A DNA stretch of 64,000 nucleotides from Amphiscolops sp. MND2022 (lineage: Eukaryota): contig OZ076409.1 of assembly GCA_964187785.1 (NCBI GenBank), positions 27,530,001 through 27,594,000 on the forward strand. Reading direction: 5' to 3'. Numbering within the stretch: position 1 is the stretch's first letter; every line of letters begins with the position of its first letter. Shown here one piece after another: positions 24,079 to 37,398 of the stretch. Made by a program: the position numbers and the translations under genes. The notes below the pieces were generated by a model, which worked only from the letters and a program-made list of their open reading frames with translations, made no database searches and was not told where the DNA came from.

Positions 24079-24908
24079 AACTTCAGTTAGATAGTTCAAC
24101 AAAGTCTGAGAACCGGATGTATCCTTTGTTTAGAGAGAAGAGTCCTCCTCACTTCGGGTCTTGCAAATTAACTACCCATTCACAAGCGCAACTTATGCCA
24201 CTTGTGAAAACGTTCCCCACTTGAAGTTGAACGTGTGTGAAACTAAACGATAGTTGAAAAATTGATGAAACAACCTATAGCAGCAATGCCATTAGTATTA
24301 ATTGCCATGTGGTGAAACTGTACGGCTTCTTGAAATTTTTACAGATATTCATGCGAAGCTCAACATTATTCCCAAATACTTTAACCTTTGAGCCTTGAGC
24401 AAAGCGCCGACTTGCATCATTCCCCCTATATTACTAATGCAATAGGGCCGCTTTAACTTTACATAAATAATATTCGCGAGGGTTAGTGCCAAATATGAAG
24501 GTCGAAAACGTGAATTTATAAATGTTTGATGAGAGTCAAGGACTGGAATTAAGGACTGACCAACCTCTTGGTATGATCATTGTTCTCGAAGATCCATCAT
24601 TGGTAAGATCAGTGATTTGAAGATCGATCCAAGATAATGGCCAGATCGATCAGCGATCTGGAAGATTTATTCATGATCTCGTTAAGATTAGTGGATGTGG
24701 ATGATGTTTCCAAGATTTTGGCAACATCATTACTGTAGAAAGACCTTTCAGGAGTCTGACACAAACCATGATCTCGGAGACTCAATTCTTTAGTGAGCGT
24801 GTTTTCTTGCCTAGTTTTTTTCAGCATCTCCAGTTGTTAATTCAACTAACTAGCAAACCGACTGCCTACGGCACTATTCTCTAAAATACTCCGTTTTAGA
24901 GTTTTTGA

Positions 24909-25430
24909 CCCTAAATGGACGAAATAATTTCCGGATTCATTCAAAAATCTGGTGCTTCAACTTTAAAGCGCAATATCTCAAACTAATCAAGTGCGACAAG
25001 CGATTCATAGCGCGTTCGAGAGGAGGCAATCAGAGCTTTCAAAATGATTTTTGAACTGCTGGGCTGGAGGGACCACACTGGCTGCAGACTTTGCGCCAAA
25101 AATTTGCACGCCTCATGTATCGATTGCACTTCAGCATATTTCAAAACATGCTAGTGCCACATTGATCCAGTCTTGATACCAGTGGGATAAAGTAACCACA
25201 AACGAAAACGGAAAAAACGAAAAGTCTGCGCTCAATTTTTTTGATTTTTTGGTCCCGTTGTCTTCATTTCGAATCATCCTCAAGTCAATATTCCGTGGGA
25301 AGGCGTGAAATGCTATGTAAAATCGTCTGAAAATCTCATTGAAGAGTTTTCATTACCCTACGGTCAACTGTTGCCTTCAGAATATTGCAGAAAGTAACTG
25401 GTACGAAATCGTACCGTCATCGATTTAGGG
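24909..25430. mobile_element. piggyBac-like MITE, copy 1
   Basis: ttga|ccctaaat...atttaggg|ttaa, colinear and similar to 58753-59271. Confidence 0.8.
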
Positions 25431-25619
25431 TTAAGGTTGATTTTGACACAAGAGTTTTTTTCATTTTTCTTATAGCAGGCTTTTTATCTGTTTTTCTTCC
25501 AATACCATCTTGTGGAGTCTCACAATTTTCTAATTTACCTCTGTAGAATATTCGCTTCCCTGTATTTTTGAATGTTTTCACTGCTTTTATGTAACTAGCT
25601 CCATTACAATCTTCATCTT

Positions 25620-25622
<3 letters not shown>

Positions 25623-25664
<42 letters not shown>
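25623..25664. repeat. (TC)21 microsatellite
   Basis: Read directly from the sequence. Confidence 0.98.
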
Positions 25665-25668
<4 letters not shown>

Positions 25669-25904
25669 CTTCCAATGTCCTTGTTTCTTTTTTTTATCTT
25701 GAACGCCTCTCCCTGTCTCTCACTTTTCGATATCATGTGTCATAGCTCTTTTTCCTCTTCAACTTTTTTGTTATTGTTAATAAAGAATCTCAGCTATCTT
25801 TTTGTTGTCTTTCCCATATCTATATCATCACTCTAGGCAGTCTGGTTCTTTACCATCTCTCTAACTGTCTCATCACGTCTTTCTGTCATGACTCTCTAAA
25901 TACT

Positions 25905-27258
25905 CCCAGGTTGACCATTCATGGATTTCCATCCATGATTCATCCTTGATTCATGGACCCACCATGCCGAGAATCATTCCATGATCTTGGCATGGTAGCC
26001 ATGATCTCATGGATGATCATGGATGGAAATCCATGGGCCATGGCTGAAAAATGTGAAACGGGCCGTTGTAATAGCCAAAACTGCCTTCAAAAAAGATGGA
26101 AATGGTCCTATTGTTGACCACTATTCATTACTTGAGCTGAAACAAAATGAAGTTAGAAGCATAATGTCGGACATTCAGTTCAACTGAAAGCAAAGCATTC
26201 AGTAAATGAAAAATGTCCTTATTCTGGGTTGGAGGCTCTCTGCTAGTGCGGTATATTATTAGATATACCACACGTGACAGGACTCACGACGAGAACGTGG
26301 CCTCCGACGAGTACCAAAAAGCTAACATCTAAATTGGGAAGGCGTTTTGTAGCAAGATTTCTCGAAAAAGACATTAAATCAACAAAACTACAATACGACT
26401 CATAGATATTAGACCATATAGATGCAGAATTCAGTTCGAAATCGGACGAGGCATTGATCTAGATACAATCTAGAATAATTCTACATTTTCTCTAAAATTG
26501 AACTGAAAAGAAGCGTTTTGTAGCAAGATTTCTCGAAAAAGACATTAAATCAACAAAACTACAATACGACTCATAGATATTAGACCATATAGATGCAGAA
26601 TTCAGTTCGAAATCGGACGAGGCATTGATCTAGATACAATCTAGAATAATTCTACATTTTCTCTAAAATTGAACTGAAAAGAAGCGTTTTGTAGCAAGAT
26701 TTCTCGAAAAAGACATTAAATCAACAAAACTACAATACGATTCATAGGTATTAGACCATATAGATGCAGAATTCAGTTTGAAATCGGACGAGGCATTGAT
26801 CTAGATACAAACTAGAATAATTCTACATTTTCTCCTAAATTGATCTGAAAATACGCATTTTTCCGCAATTTCATCAAAAACCATCCCCAAAACCATCAAA
26901 AACCCACCTAATGCTAACGAAACTCTTACCTATCTTGCGGCTTCAGGATACGCGGTGCCGAAAAGCGTCCCTAATGCTACACGGGCCATCAGGGAACCCT
27001 TTTTTAATGTAAAATTAAAAGCTAAACGCAACAGAACCGTTTCTTGTAATCATGACACGAATTGGAGAAATCTCACCCTTGAACGAATTTTTCATGGGTT
27101 GACATGGATGAATCATGGATGATCAACATGGATGATTAGCCATGATTTGGTATCTGATATAAATCATCCATGATTTGCCATGAAATTGCAAGTAATACCA
27201 TGTAAATGCCGACATAATGGATGAAAAGCCGAGAATGAGCCATGACAGTAAACCTGGG
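25905..27258. mobile_element. CACTA/EnSpm-like non-autonomous element with nested insert
   Basis: ct|cccaggtt...aacctggg|ct (CCC/GGG ends, 2-bp TSD CT), with CCATG-rich subterminal repeats. Confidence 0.8.
26342..26850. repeat. Three near-identical tandem copies of a 171-bp unit
   Basis: gcgttttgtagcaag at 26342, 26513 and 26684. Confidence 0.95.
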
Positions 27259-27882
27259 CTAGACCTAAATAACAAATGTTCTTACCTTTTCACGCTGTCC
27301 AAATGAAATGACATTAAAATGTTTCGATAGCTATTCCGTCTTGTTCAATTGCTTTCGCAGATCTGTCTTTTTAATCACGCCATTTACTTCATCCCGATGA
27401 CATTTCTTGAATTCAATTTTATACCTCGTATCCCGATGTTATTGCCCTCTAAGTTTACCCAGTTTATCTGATCCGTAACATCACTATCCAGTTTGCCTTT
27501 CATCGTGTTCATTTTTTCATCACACTTCCTTCTTATTTAGGAACATCTTCCTTCAACATCTTTTCAGTCGGTGCTTTATAAAATATAATTCAATTATTAT
27601 GACCGAACGACGTTTTTTCCTCCAACATTCATCTTGCCATTCTGTCTCATCTCTTAATTTCCTACTGCTGGGTCGAATTAACATGTTTATTGTACCACAC
27701 TGTTTAATCCCGCTCTTTCCTGCTCTTCTCGCTCTATCTGTCTATGTAACTGTCTGTCGTCCTAACTGTTTCCATTTTCATATCTCGTTTTTTCTGTTTC
27801 TGGGCTTACGTCAATCTTAGTCGACGGCTCAATACGTTTGTTTGACAGTACATATATTCGAAGATAAAAATCCTACGAGATA

Positions 27883-27997
<115 letters not shown>

Positions 27998-29964
27998 TTA
28001 GACTTTTGTTTTAAACACTAATATTGCCGTTTTCTGATATAATGCGTATAACAAAAAACGCGATCAATTCAGTTATGCAACTGTAAGTTAGTTCAATTTT
28101 ACGCCATCGCCAGGAAGTTAAATGGAAGGTTTTTACGATTTTATGTTTTTCCTTAAATAATTCAGATGTTGCGAGAATTGCGAGAACGGAAACAAGGGAA
28201 ACTTTTTTCCGAATTTTCATTTCGGAATGCTTTATATATTTGCGGGGAATATTTCTTAGATTTTTCGAGCATAAATTGTCACTATTTTTGTCAAACAAAA
28301 GATGCTGGAAAGTGTGTTCCGAAGACGTATTAGCAGATCATACGAAAAATATCACAATGCGACCGAGACTTTTGTTAAGGATTTTCCATTTTGTAATTTT
28401 TATGAAACTAGCTCATTAACATGGGTGCTCACGAGATCGAGAAAACGTATATGGAAAAACAAGAGAACACGAAACCGTTTCAACTTAGATCAGAACGGAC
28501 AGACTCTTCAGTTTTTTGCGCCATTCTGTAAGCCCTCGATATTCTTGCCGGCAACTGTTATTCTCGCGGTTACTAACAACTCCGGAAATCTCGAACTAAG
28601 CCCCCGGATGCCAGAAATGTAGATCCAAAAACACTGTACACGTGGTCGTTGCTCACCAAGTCCACAACATTTATTCAGCTCCCAAAACCTTGCCGCTCAT
28701 TTCGCTGGATATTGACGCCCAATGCTCACACTTCATGTCGCAGCCCCCACAGAGCTGCGAGCAACAAAATAACATGAGGTTGTCCAAGGAAAAGGATCGC
28801 GGAAATTGATCAGAATAAAACAAATCACCATTCCCACTTGTTGTCTCCCACTTTCTTATACTGTAAGCCGAATCTCGACGAAGCCTACCGAATTTGAATT
28901 CCTTGCCTCGGAAAGATGCCGAGCTGAGCAAGGTGTGAAGTTCACGCGCGGGACTTATCCTGCATGTCTAGTGCAAAGTATATATACCTGAGCGGGACGA
29001 AGAACACACAATTTTGTTTTTTTTTTGTTGAACGTTGTATTTTTTTCTTGCATTTTTGATTTAATTTCAACATATTGATCCAAGTTTTACAGTTACTTTG
29101 CCTCTTTGTGGTAATATTTTCCTATCCTGATTCTACAAAACCATTAAAATCTTCGACAGAAAACCCAAAATCCCTAACGATGATCAAAAGCAAAATGATC
29201 CTAATTAATTTTTTTTTCCTGGCATCAAATTTTCTCAATCATGTCCGGAAGGTCGACTAAAAGAAGATTGAGGAGAGATTCACCCGAAGAAACAGGAGGG
29301 ATTAAACGTAGAAGCCGGTGGTCACCAAACAAGGAAATTTGAGCCTGTCAGAAAAGTTTCGAAGATATTACGAGTACGATGGAAAACAAGGTATCTGAGA
29401 GATCTAAAGATGCCGAACCAGGGCAACGTGAAATACTGAGACTGATTTGAAACCTGTCGTTTAAAGTCGACAGTTTGGCAGGATCGCAGCTAGGCCGTTG
29501 CACTTCTAATAGAAACGTCAATTCGGGAGAAAGCTTTATAGAAAATTCAACAAACGTAGAAGACCCATTTGAAATGGTCCCGCTGACGGACCATCTTTGA
29601 CACCTCAGGACCTTCCATTCATTTAGGTTTTTAGCGTGCTTAATCAACTTCAGCGGTTGCAAACATTTGATACCTCCGTATTGGCTGTTTCATTCTGAGC
29701 ATCTCATTTCAAAACAGGCAATGGCTGGGCTGGTTTTTCTGTTCGGAGAGCATTCACCTTGTCTATGATGCTTTTCAGAGTGCCCATCAAAGTTGATACT
29801 ACCCCGACAAGAGTATCTTGGAACAACGTTTCAAAGTCCGTAAGGGCGATTCCAGCCTTGCATGAGAGCCGCTTCAGAGATTCATCGAGTTCGTTTTGCA
29901 TGCTTCTAATATATTTCTGAATTTAATCGAAAAAATAGAACTAAGATTTGTCGAGTTCTCTATT

Positions 29965-30197
29965 ACCAAATATTTCAGGGATATGACTGAGGAATTATTT
30001 CCGGTATTGCCGGAGAATGCCGAAAATGTCGTTTCAGGGTAAAAAATGTCCTTTTCCGGATTTTGAGTTGTTGACATTTTCGTATATGCCAACAGCTCAA
30101 AATCCGGAAAAGGACATTTTTTACCCTGAAACGGCATTTTCGGCATTCTCCGGCAATACCGGAAATAATTCCTCATAGTCATATCGAAGTATTTGGT
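29965..30197. repeat. Long inverted repeat (arms ~100-110 bp, loop of a few bases)
   Basis: gaggaattatttccggtattgccggagaatgccg... mirrored by ...cggcattctccggcaataccggaaataattcctc. Confidence 0.95.
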
Positions 30198-30649
30198 CTT
30201 CTAGGGTCAGCGAGCCGCTTTGTTTATATAGTAATTAACGCCTTTTCTTTCAGATTCATATTGACATGTTGAGTTACCTTTTGTTTTAAAGAGAAACACA
30301 GGCAAACTCTACTCAGCCTCGCAACAACAAGCAGCTACCCACAAATGTATCAAAGTTCTGAAAAGCGATCTCAGCTTTTCAGAATTACTTCGTTCTAGCT
30401 TTTCATAAAGGATAAAATCCTCAAAAACAACATATATTCGAAAGCACATGAAAACACTTTAATTTAACTGGCTCGCATTTAACTGGTCTAGACATAAATC
30501 GACCCCTTACCTAACATAACAGCAAAAGGGGGCCAAGAATTTCACAGTGGTGAAGGCATGCAACTAAATTAACCGCATCACGGCAAAATTGACGGAAAAT
30601 ACTGAAAAGAAAGGCAGCAAAGATAGCATTGGGAAAATTCCGCTCGGTA

Positions 30650-30860
30650 TTGGAGAAAAACAAGGAACTATTTGATGTTGGAAACAGAGCGACGGGTGGA
30701 AAAGTTGCGGAACCAGCTTAAATAGCCATATTCGTTTTTGCACCGACTTTTGCATTTGGCGTTGAGAGTCTAGTTTCTGTATTGAAAAACTTTCTAGAGG
30801 ATCGATCTTGTTTACTTGAGAGTGTTGATAAGCTTATGTTCGTTAAGTACAATGCTAAAT
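30650..30860 (+). pseudogene. Possible degenerate hAT transposase C-terminal dimerisation fragment
   Basis: Pieces translate to VES(L) and VDKLMFVKYN, resembling the VERxFS...LxFLKxN motif. Frames are broken. Confidence 0.35.
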
Positions 30861-31539
30861 TATAAAAACAATTCATTTTAAGCAAAAACGTTTGTTTTTA
30901 AGGTAATGTCGGAAAGTACCTAAAATAATGCCAGAATCAGCGAAAAACGCTGACTGGATTTGGCAAATCAATGCCGGAAAAAAAGTTCAATTTGTTCATA
31001 GATATGACATATTTGATTAAAAAATGTTCGAAACTATTGTCAAGATGGAAGTTAAATAAATTTGAAGGGCGAAGAGGTATGAACTCGGAAAAAGACCATG
31101 CGGCAAATTTCATTTTCAAAATAAAATTTCAAAATATGAAGTTCATATTTTTTTATAGCAATCGGCTTGTCAAGTTTGGTCGGAGTTTTACACCTTCACT
31201 ATAGAAATTTCCAAATGCAAAAAACCTTCGTACTGTTTTGATCGATGGGAAATTCTAAACTTTGAATCCAGTAAAGTTACCATTTGCGTAAATACTCTCG
31301 TAAGTAGTTAGTCATTACAGTATAGACAACTCATTAAACTTGTTTTTGATGCTCGAGAAACTAATGACCCTTGTATAAAGTCGAGACCACATTTCTCGAA
31401 AACGGAGTAAATAATCCTAATCTCTGTAAAACTAGTGGATATTGCAGAATAAAAGTGCTTTACGATTTGCCGTTATACACACTATTTCAGTGAAAATTAA
31501 CCGCATATATGATTACTGTACAATAACATGTTTAGATGA

Positions 31540-33634
31540 TATCGTGTAACACAATCCTGAAAAATTGCACAGCGTACTAACGAAAATAGAAACAGCCGAA
31601 AACGGTGTAGGCAAAAGACTACCTAATAACTTCATGAACTGAACAAAGTCACTGGGACATGAAACTGACGAAAACAGAAAAATGAAAAGATAAGTCATAA
31701 GAGATAATAAGTTGCCGGAGAACACAAAGGACTAACAGTTCTTCCTCGGAGTCATACAAAATATTCGCGACCTTCTCTTTCGGATCTGCCAATCGAAACT
31801 CTAAGCAAAGACCGACTGACTCCAAGTCTTCGAGGAACATGAGGAACTGACCACGGAAAAGATTTCGAAATGAAAGATTTGGTGTTCGGAATACCATGTT
31901 TAGCACAAAACGCAATAGTTATCATAATTATTACTGATGCTAGTTAATACGAAAACGGCATCACACTCGGAATAAAAAACTGAACAGATTATGGATACTT
32001 GAAACCAGTGTGAAATTCAAAAGTAAAAAAAAAGACGGAGCCAGCGGTGGATGGTTAACACCAAAAATCCGACATTGGCTGTGCTGGATAGACAGACGCA
32101 AAGTACGGGCGATAGGGTGAAATATCAAAGGACATTATAAACGGATAGTGGAAAAATAAATCAAAGCAAACCAGACGGATGCAAGAATGCAAGACCGAAG
32201 ATGATGAAGAAAAATTGCAAGAACCTGGACTAAAGGTGTCCGATACTTTCGAAAGAAACGGGAGCTATGCACCAACCCTAACCGAACTGATCCGGAAAGT
32301 AATCAAAATTTTGCACGTACATTCCGATGCATATACAGCTGCCACAGGGTGCGAACGTCGAGTTAACAAAAAGGTCACGCCGCAATGTAAACAATTCGAA
32401 TAGATAATGTAGCACACTCTATACAAGAAACGTCTTGGGATCAGAACAAAACAAATTGATAACTCGAATACACTGCTATAACTTCAACTTGGAGAAGAGT
32501 GAAAAAAACATAGGTCAGAAGCCAGCCTACTTACTACATGAAGTCACCTGTGTGTGAGAAAAACCTTGCGGAGAGAAGTGAAATGTTATATGGTTGAAAT
32601 CCTTTTGACCTTTACCTTGTTTTGATGTGGTAAGACAGATCAGAACGTTTGCAGACAAACATGTACAGGCGATGCTGAATGGTGATGCTGAATTATTTGA
32701 GTCGTTCAACCGGACATACATGTATTCGTGTATTAGATCGGTTATATACACGAATACATGTATGTCCGGTTAAACGACTCAAATAATTCCAACGATGGAA
32801 AAAATGTAAAACACGTCCAAGAAAGGCCACAAAATACGGAAGAAACAAAAACGGAAGAGCAACATGACCACTGAAACAATGATTGTTTCAGTGGTCATGT
32901 TGCTCTTCCGTATTTGTTTCTTGTTTCTTAAGTTCATAACCTTCCGTTGATCAGTGATAAGAACTTCGATGCGATGAGTTCGGCTGGTGTAACGTTGTCA
33001 AATTCGCAGTTTTTCTCCATCTGTAATATTGTGGTCCAGACGTCCTCAGCCGTTTCGTTCGCTTCTCGTACTATTCCAAAAAATCTGCCTGTTTATGAAT
33101 TTTGTTTCTTTCTGGTATAAAGTGAAGGCGGAATAGCGTATAGTTGATTGATGTTAATTTTGTTCGGATCGTTGTCTCTCACCGTTTTCGTAATTCGTTT
33201 TTATCTTTATCTCCAGTTCGTCTCTGTATTGTTCTAGAATTTCCTTTCCGTTGTCATCATGTTCAGTTTGATTTTCTGTGTCATCTTCACTTATTGGTTG
33301 AATCGTCTCAACCATAATTTCGCCTCTTGTATGGTTTTATTCTCGAATATTGGCAATGTTCTCTTCTGGTGTGTTGTTGTTCTGCCTTTCGTTTCTCCCG
33401 ATTCCTTGCTTGAGGAGTTTCTGCTCGTTTTTTGTAAGTTGTTTTCGTTCTCCTGACTCATTCTGACTGCGCCATGTTGTATATGGTAAGTAGGGTAAGA
33501 ATTGGGGATTCAATACTGTAGTGTAGCTAATCGTATGGTTAAGTGTCAGTGTATAATACTACAATAGATGTCAGTATTGTGGCAGGTATGTTACGTCATA
33601 CCATAAAGTGGTCGTATTGTAATATTGCGTTACA
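31540..33634. mobile_element. Scrambled Mag-type Gypsy relic: LTR+PBS+gag on -, pol-like scraps on +
   Basis: PBS tggcgcagtc on - at 33474, probable LTR 33475-33634, and minus-strand gag (FIPERNKIHKQADF, CEFDNVTPAELIASKF) homologous to the gag at 11776. A TDAS-like RNase H scrap lies at 31933. Confidence 0.75.
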
Positions 33635-34544
33635 TGACTTTATGACCTTTAAATGCACTAATGCCGCACAGTCAAAGTTTGGAACGCTCTTTGGTAAAAT
33701 TTTCATGTTCAGTGAGTCAATGGAATAAATGTTTCTCCCCATATTACTCACCATAGCCAAATTTCGTCAGTCCATTTTTTCAAAAAAGTTATATCGAATA
33801 CGTTTTTCTGTCTCCACTAAAATCACACTTCAAGATGTCTTTATAGTCGAAGCTTTCGTAAATGCAGTGGCTAGTTTCGATATTTTTCCTTCATCCAACT
33901 GTGAAACATGCAGTTCTATGATTTGTGTGGATAGATTCTCGATGCCCGCTGGTTGGACCACTTGGCCGATGATTAGGGCGTGTGCCTGTGTGACAGGCTT
34001 TCATTGGTTCGAACCCATGAAATCTGTTTGAGCATGGCGCCAACTTAGGCCGTTCCCGGCTTGTATTCCATTGTGTCAGTTGTTTATTGCAGGTTTCATG
34101 AGTGAAACTCTGGTCTAAACAGCCCAGTGTTATTCATCTAACTGTTCGAACCATTCAATCAAATTTAGACGATAAAATACAACATCTTGCTGTATCTTTT
34201 TAGTTGGTGTTCGAGAAAATTTCGTTCTTTTTTAGAGATATCGTTCCAGCTGTTGGCTCTATTATCTTGATGAAAATTACCTCATCAGGGTTCCAGTCTC
34301 CGCGAGCTAATACCAAGTTTCCATGGCAAACAAAGGTTGTTTGGAAAGTGAATGTTTATGCGACTATATCTTTATTCATTCCATGACAAATTTTAAGATG
34401 CCTACTTTTCAACTATCTTCTTCGAAAGATTTTCTCCCATCAAACATTCTCTTTTCATCAATGAAGGAAAGAGATGGGTAGGGAAGAGAAGGTATGGGAT
34501 TACAATCATGGGGAAAAGTTTTTCCAGGTGATAGGTAATTAAAA

Positions 34545-34988
34545 CCCAGTGTTACGACAATTGGTACATTTTCAGCAATTAACAGGATCGTCAAAACGGT
34601 TCTAAAATAACTCAACTGCTTAAAACGGCAAATATCAAATATCTTGAAAACTAATCATCTCTATTTATGTGATATGAAACAGTAGGGTTACGGCAAGCGG
34701 GAATAACGTTCGAGGAATAACGTCAAAAGCCTGGTCATGCTTAGTCATTTCCAACATGTTCATTTCCAATTTTGATGCATTGAATTTTATGACATCTTGA
34801 ATATCTTGCCAAGGTCTTCCAAGATCTTGCAAGTTCTGGGAAGATCTTCGAAGAAATCCAAGATAGAATCCAAGATCTTGTCAAGATATCCAAGATGTCA
34901 AGACCAAAGCAAAGATCTTTCCAAGATATTCAAGAATTCAAGATTTTTCTAAGATCTTGGCAAGATATTCAAGATGTCGAACGCTGGG
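34545..34988. mobile_element. CACTA/EnSpm-like remnant with CAAGAT subterminal repeats
   Basis: cccagtgttacgac...gtcgaacgctggg, with a caagat array at 34790-34980. No clear TSD. Confidence 0.45.
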
Positions 34989-35230
34989 TTGTTAGAGGCC
35001 ATTGTACATGTTCACGCATGAAATTTTGCACAAAATTTTGCAAAATCTAGCCAAAATTTTAGAAGTATAATAAACTGGAAGAAACAATTTGGGAAAGTCA
35101 CGTTCTCCAACTTTGAGGACTGGCCACTCGCTTATCATCAAAAACTAATAAGGATCTTTAAAAACTGGATTTCGAATGAACTTCAGCTGGTAATTTTTTG
35201 TTACTTTTGAGCTAACATTAAAAAACATGT

Positions 35231-35657
35231 TTTTTAGTCGGCGCCTTTTCCCATAAGGAAAAAAGCCCGACTATTACTGTGGGTAGTTTTTTCAGCTGAC
35301 AATCTCACTCTCCATGGTCCATTTTTCTTACAATTTTCATGAGTCATGAATTTTTGCTTGCGAAGTACTTTTACTTTTTCAAAAGCTTGCGAAGTATTTT
35401 TGCATCATCTAAGAAACTCAACGGGCTTTGAGATTTTTTTCTCGAAAAAATTATTTTCCCAAATGGTCCCCCTACAATTTTTTGATATTTTCCGACAGAA
35501 TGGATGTTAAAAAATCCCAAAGGCCCCCCTTTCAGTGTTTTGGACATTGTGAGCCTATTTTTCAAAATTTTTTTCACCAATACTTTGACATTTTGAAGTC
35601 CTTTTGCTATTTTTGAGCCTTAGACATGGCGCCGACTTGGGCCGTTCCCGGCTTGTT
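35231..35657 (-). mobile_element. Helentron/DINE-1-like element (family A)
   Basis: ttagtcggcgcc...gcgccgacttgggccgttcccggcttgtt. Confidence 0.75.
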
Positions 35658-35946
35658 TTGATTGTTGTAAGAAAATATAACTGCAAAAAATGGGGACAAT
35701 GAACTTGTTTCGATCACTCCGATTTGTTTTCTTGAGATTCACCAATCAAGTGTAATTGCTAATGGCGAACAAACATCACGTGATCCAATCACGTGATCAG
35801 GTGCCGGCCGCCCTCCCATCACTGTTAGCCCTTAGCGACCCAAATGGGCAACACTCTCTCGTAAAATTATTACGTAATTCTCTTCGTAACCCTTTTATAT
35901 ATTGCATTACGTAACAACTGTGACTTGAGAATTCTTTTTACTGCAG

Positions 35947-36092
35947 GCACAATCGATTTCCGGGAATTCATCTGCGCGCTGTCCGTCACCTCCAGAGGAC
36001 AACTAGACCAGAAGCTGAGGTGGGCTTTCAACATGTACGACCTAGATGGCAACGGATACATCACCAAACAGGAAATGCTTGAAATTGTTACA
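35947..36092 (+). CDS. Nca: Neurocalcin-like, coding exon 3 (EF2-EF3)
   Basis: ctgcag|[18 protein letters not shown]...[19 protein letters not shown]|gtaagt. Phase matches exon 2. Confidence 0.97.
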
Positions 36093-36729
36093 GTAAGTGC
36101 TTCGCTGACAACGAACCAGTGATTTTGTACCTTTAAAACAAATGATTTTCTAGCTAAAATGAGAAACTCACACCCTTTTCCTACGATTGCTATTGGAAAA
36201 AGCTGCTTAACATATGGAACCGACCATGACGCAGCGGCAATCATAAAAAAATAAAGATAATGAGATCAAAAATTTTGTTCTCTTGGCTAATTAATTTCAA
36301 AATACAACTCAAATGAAAGTCACTAGTGAATGAAAAACAAAATGTGCTCAAGTGTTTTCCCTGGTGCTTATCCATCCCAATTTCCTGTTTACCAGGTACC
36401 ATGTGTACCGTCCCACATAAGCCGCAATCACAATGCTTCCATTTTGCCCTTTTTCGTCAATCTATTATTTTTGTCTGAAAGGGTTGATCTCAAGACTAAT
36501 TATAGCATGAAATTGATCACAGCAATTCTCCTGAGGGGAAATTCCTCACGTGCAGAAAATGTGTTGCAATACACGAAATGATGATTCGCATTAGTCTAAC
36601 GAGGAAACATTAACATAAATGAACATAAGTGATTCAGGGTCAACTGGTGAATTTATTGTTGAATCGCTTTCCTGGAAAAAAAGGAACTTTCTGGCAAAAG
36701 AAATATTGATAGTTAGGGAGAAACGTTAA

Positions 36730-37131
36730 AAGGGCTCTTTTTCCTTTCCCCCCACACTTTTTAAAGAAAACAAACTCAACATAAAGGATTATATTTGACT
36801 ATATCATTCAATATTTCTTCGAATAAGTCTTTTCCTTTAATTTGTTGTCCTCACCTTATTAGAGTAGTTTTCCGCTTGAACAAAACATTGTTCACACAAT
36901 TTGACTATAATCATGTTCGTATTGAGTGTTTGCTGATGACTCAAAACAGGAAGCTGTTGATTTCTTCATCAAAAATGCGTAACTACATAGGGAAAAAGCG
37001 TGAACAAAGTTTGTATCTGAATCCTAAACTATCATCTTTAGAATGAATATGGAATGATATAGTCAAATATAATCCTTTATGTTGAGTTTGTTTTCTTTAA
37101 AAAGTGTGGGGGGGAAAAGGAAAAAGTTCCG
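36730..37131. mobile_element. TTAA-flanked MITE with ~72-bp TIRs (Kolobok-like)
   Basis: 36736-36808 is the reverse complement of 37052-37126, with ttaa on both sides. Related fragments lie at 59335-59560 and 59940-60130. Confidence 0.75.
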
Positions 37132-37281
37132 TTAAAAGATTGTAAAAATTCAAGGAGTCAGAAGATATTAGGGTAGTTGGTAGTGGTGCAAAAGTGAAAC
37201 TATTGAACACTCTCCGCGTCCATATGGTTGCAAAAAGTCAAACACGATTTTCTCCAGAATATTGCACAAGGCTTAGCACAA

Positions 37282-37398
37282 GGGGAACATGGTTTAGTGG
37301 TTAGGGCATTCGGCATATACTAGGACAGTATCAGGTTCGAATATCTCTCGAATCACCATTATCGGGCCTTGAGCAAGTCCTTCATCACTAGCTTAGTG
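37282..37398 (+). mobile_element. tRNA-derived SINE head, interrupted by a CACTA-like element
   Basis: A-box tggtttagtgg, B-box ggttcgaat, then a ccttgagcaag motif as seen in SINE central domains. Confidence 0.6.

Noticed and set aside
26342..26850. Primate alpha satellite (171 bp)
   Set aside because: Only the length coincides. I recognise no sequence similarity or CENP-B box.
28600..29000. GC-richer stretch with Cys-containing ORFs
   Set aside because: No recognisable domain or consistent exon structure. Probably a decayed repeat.
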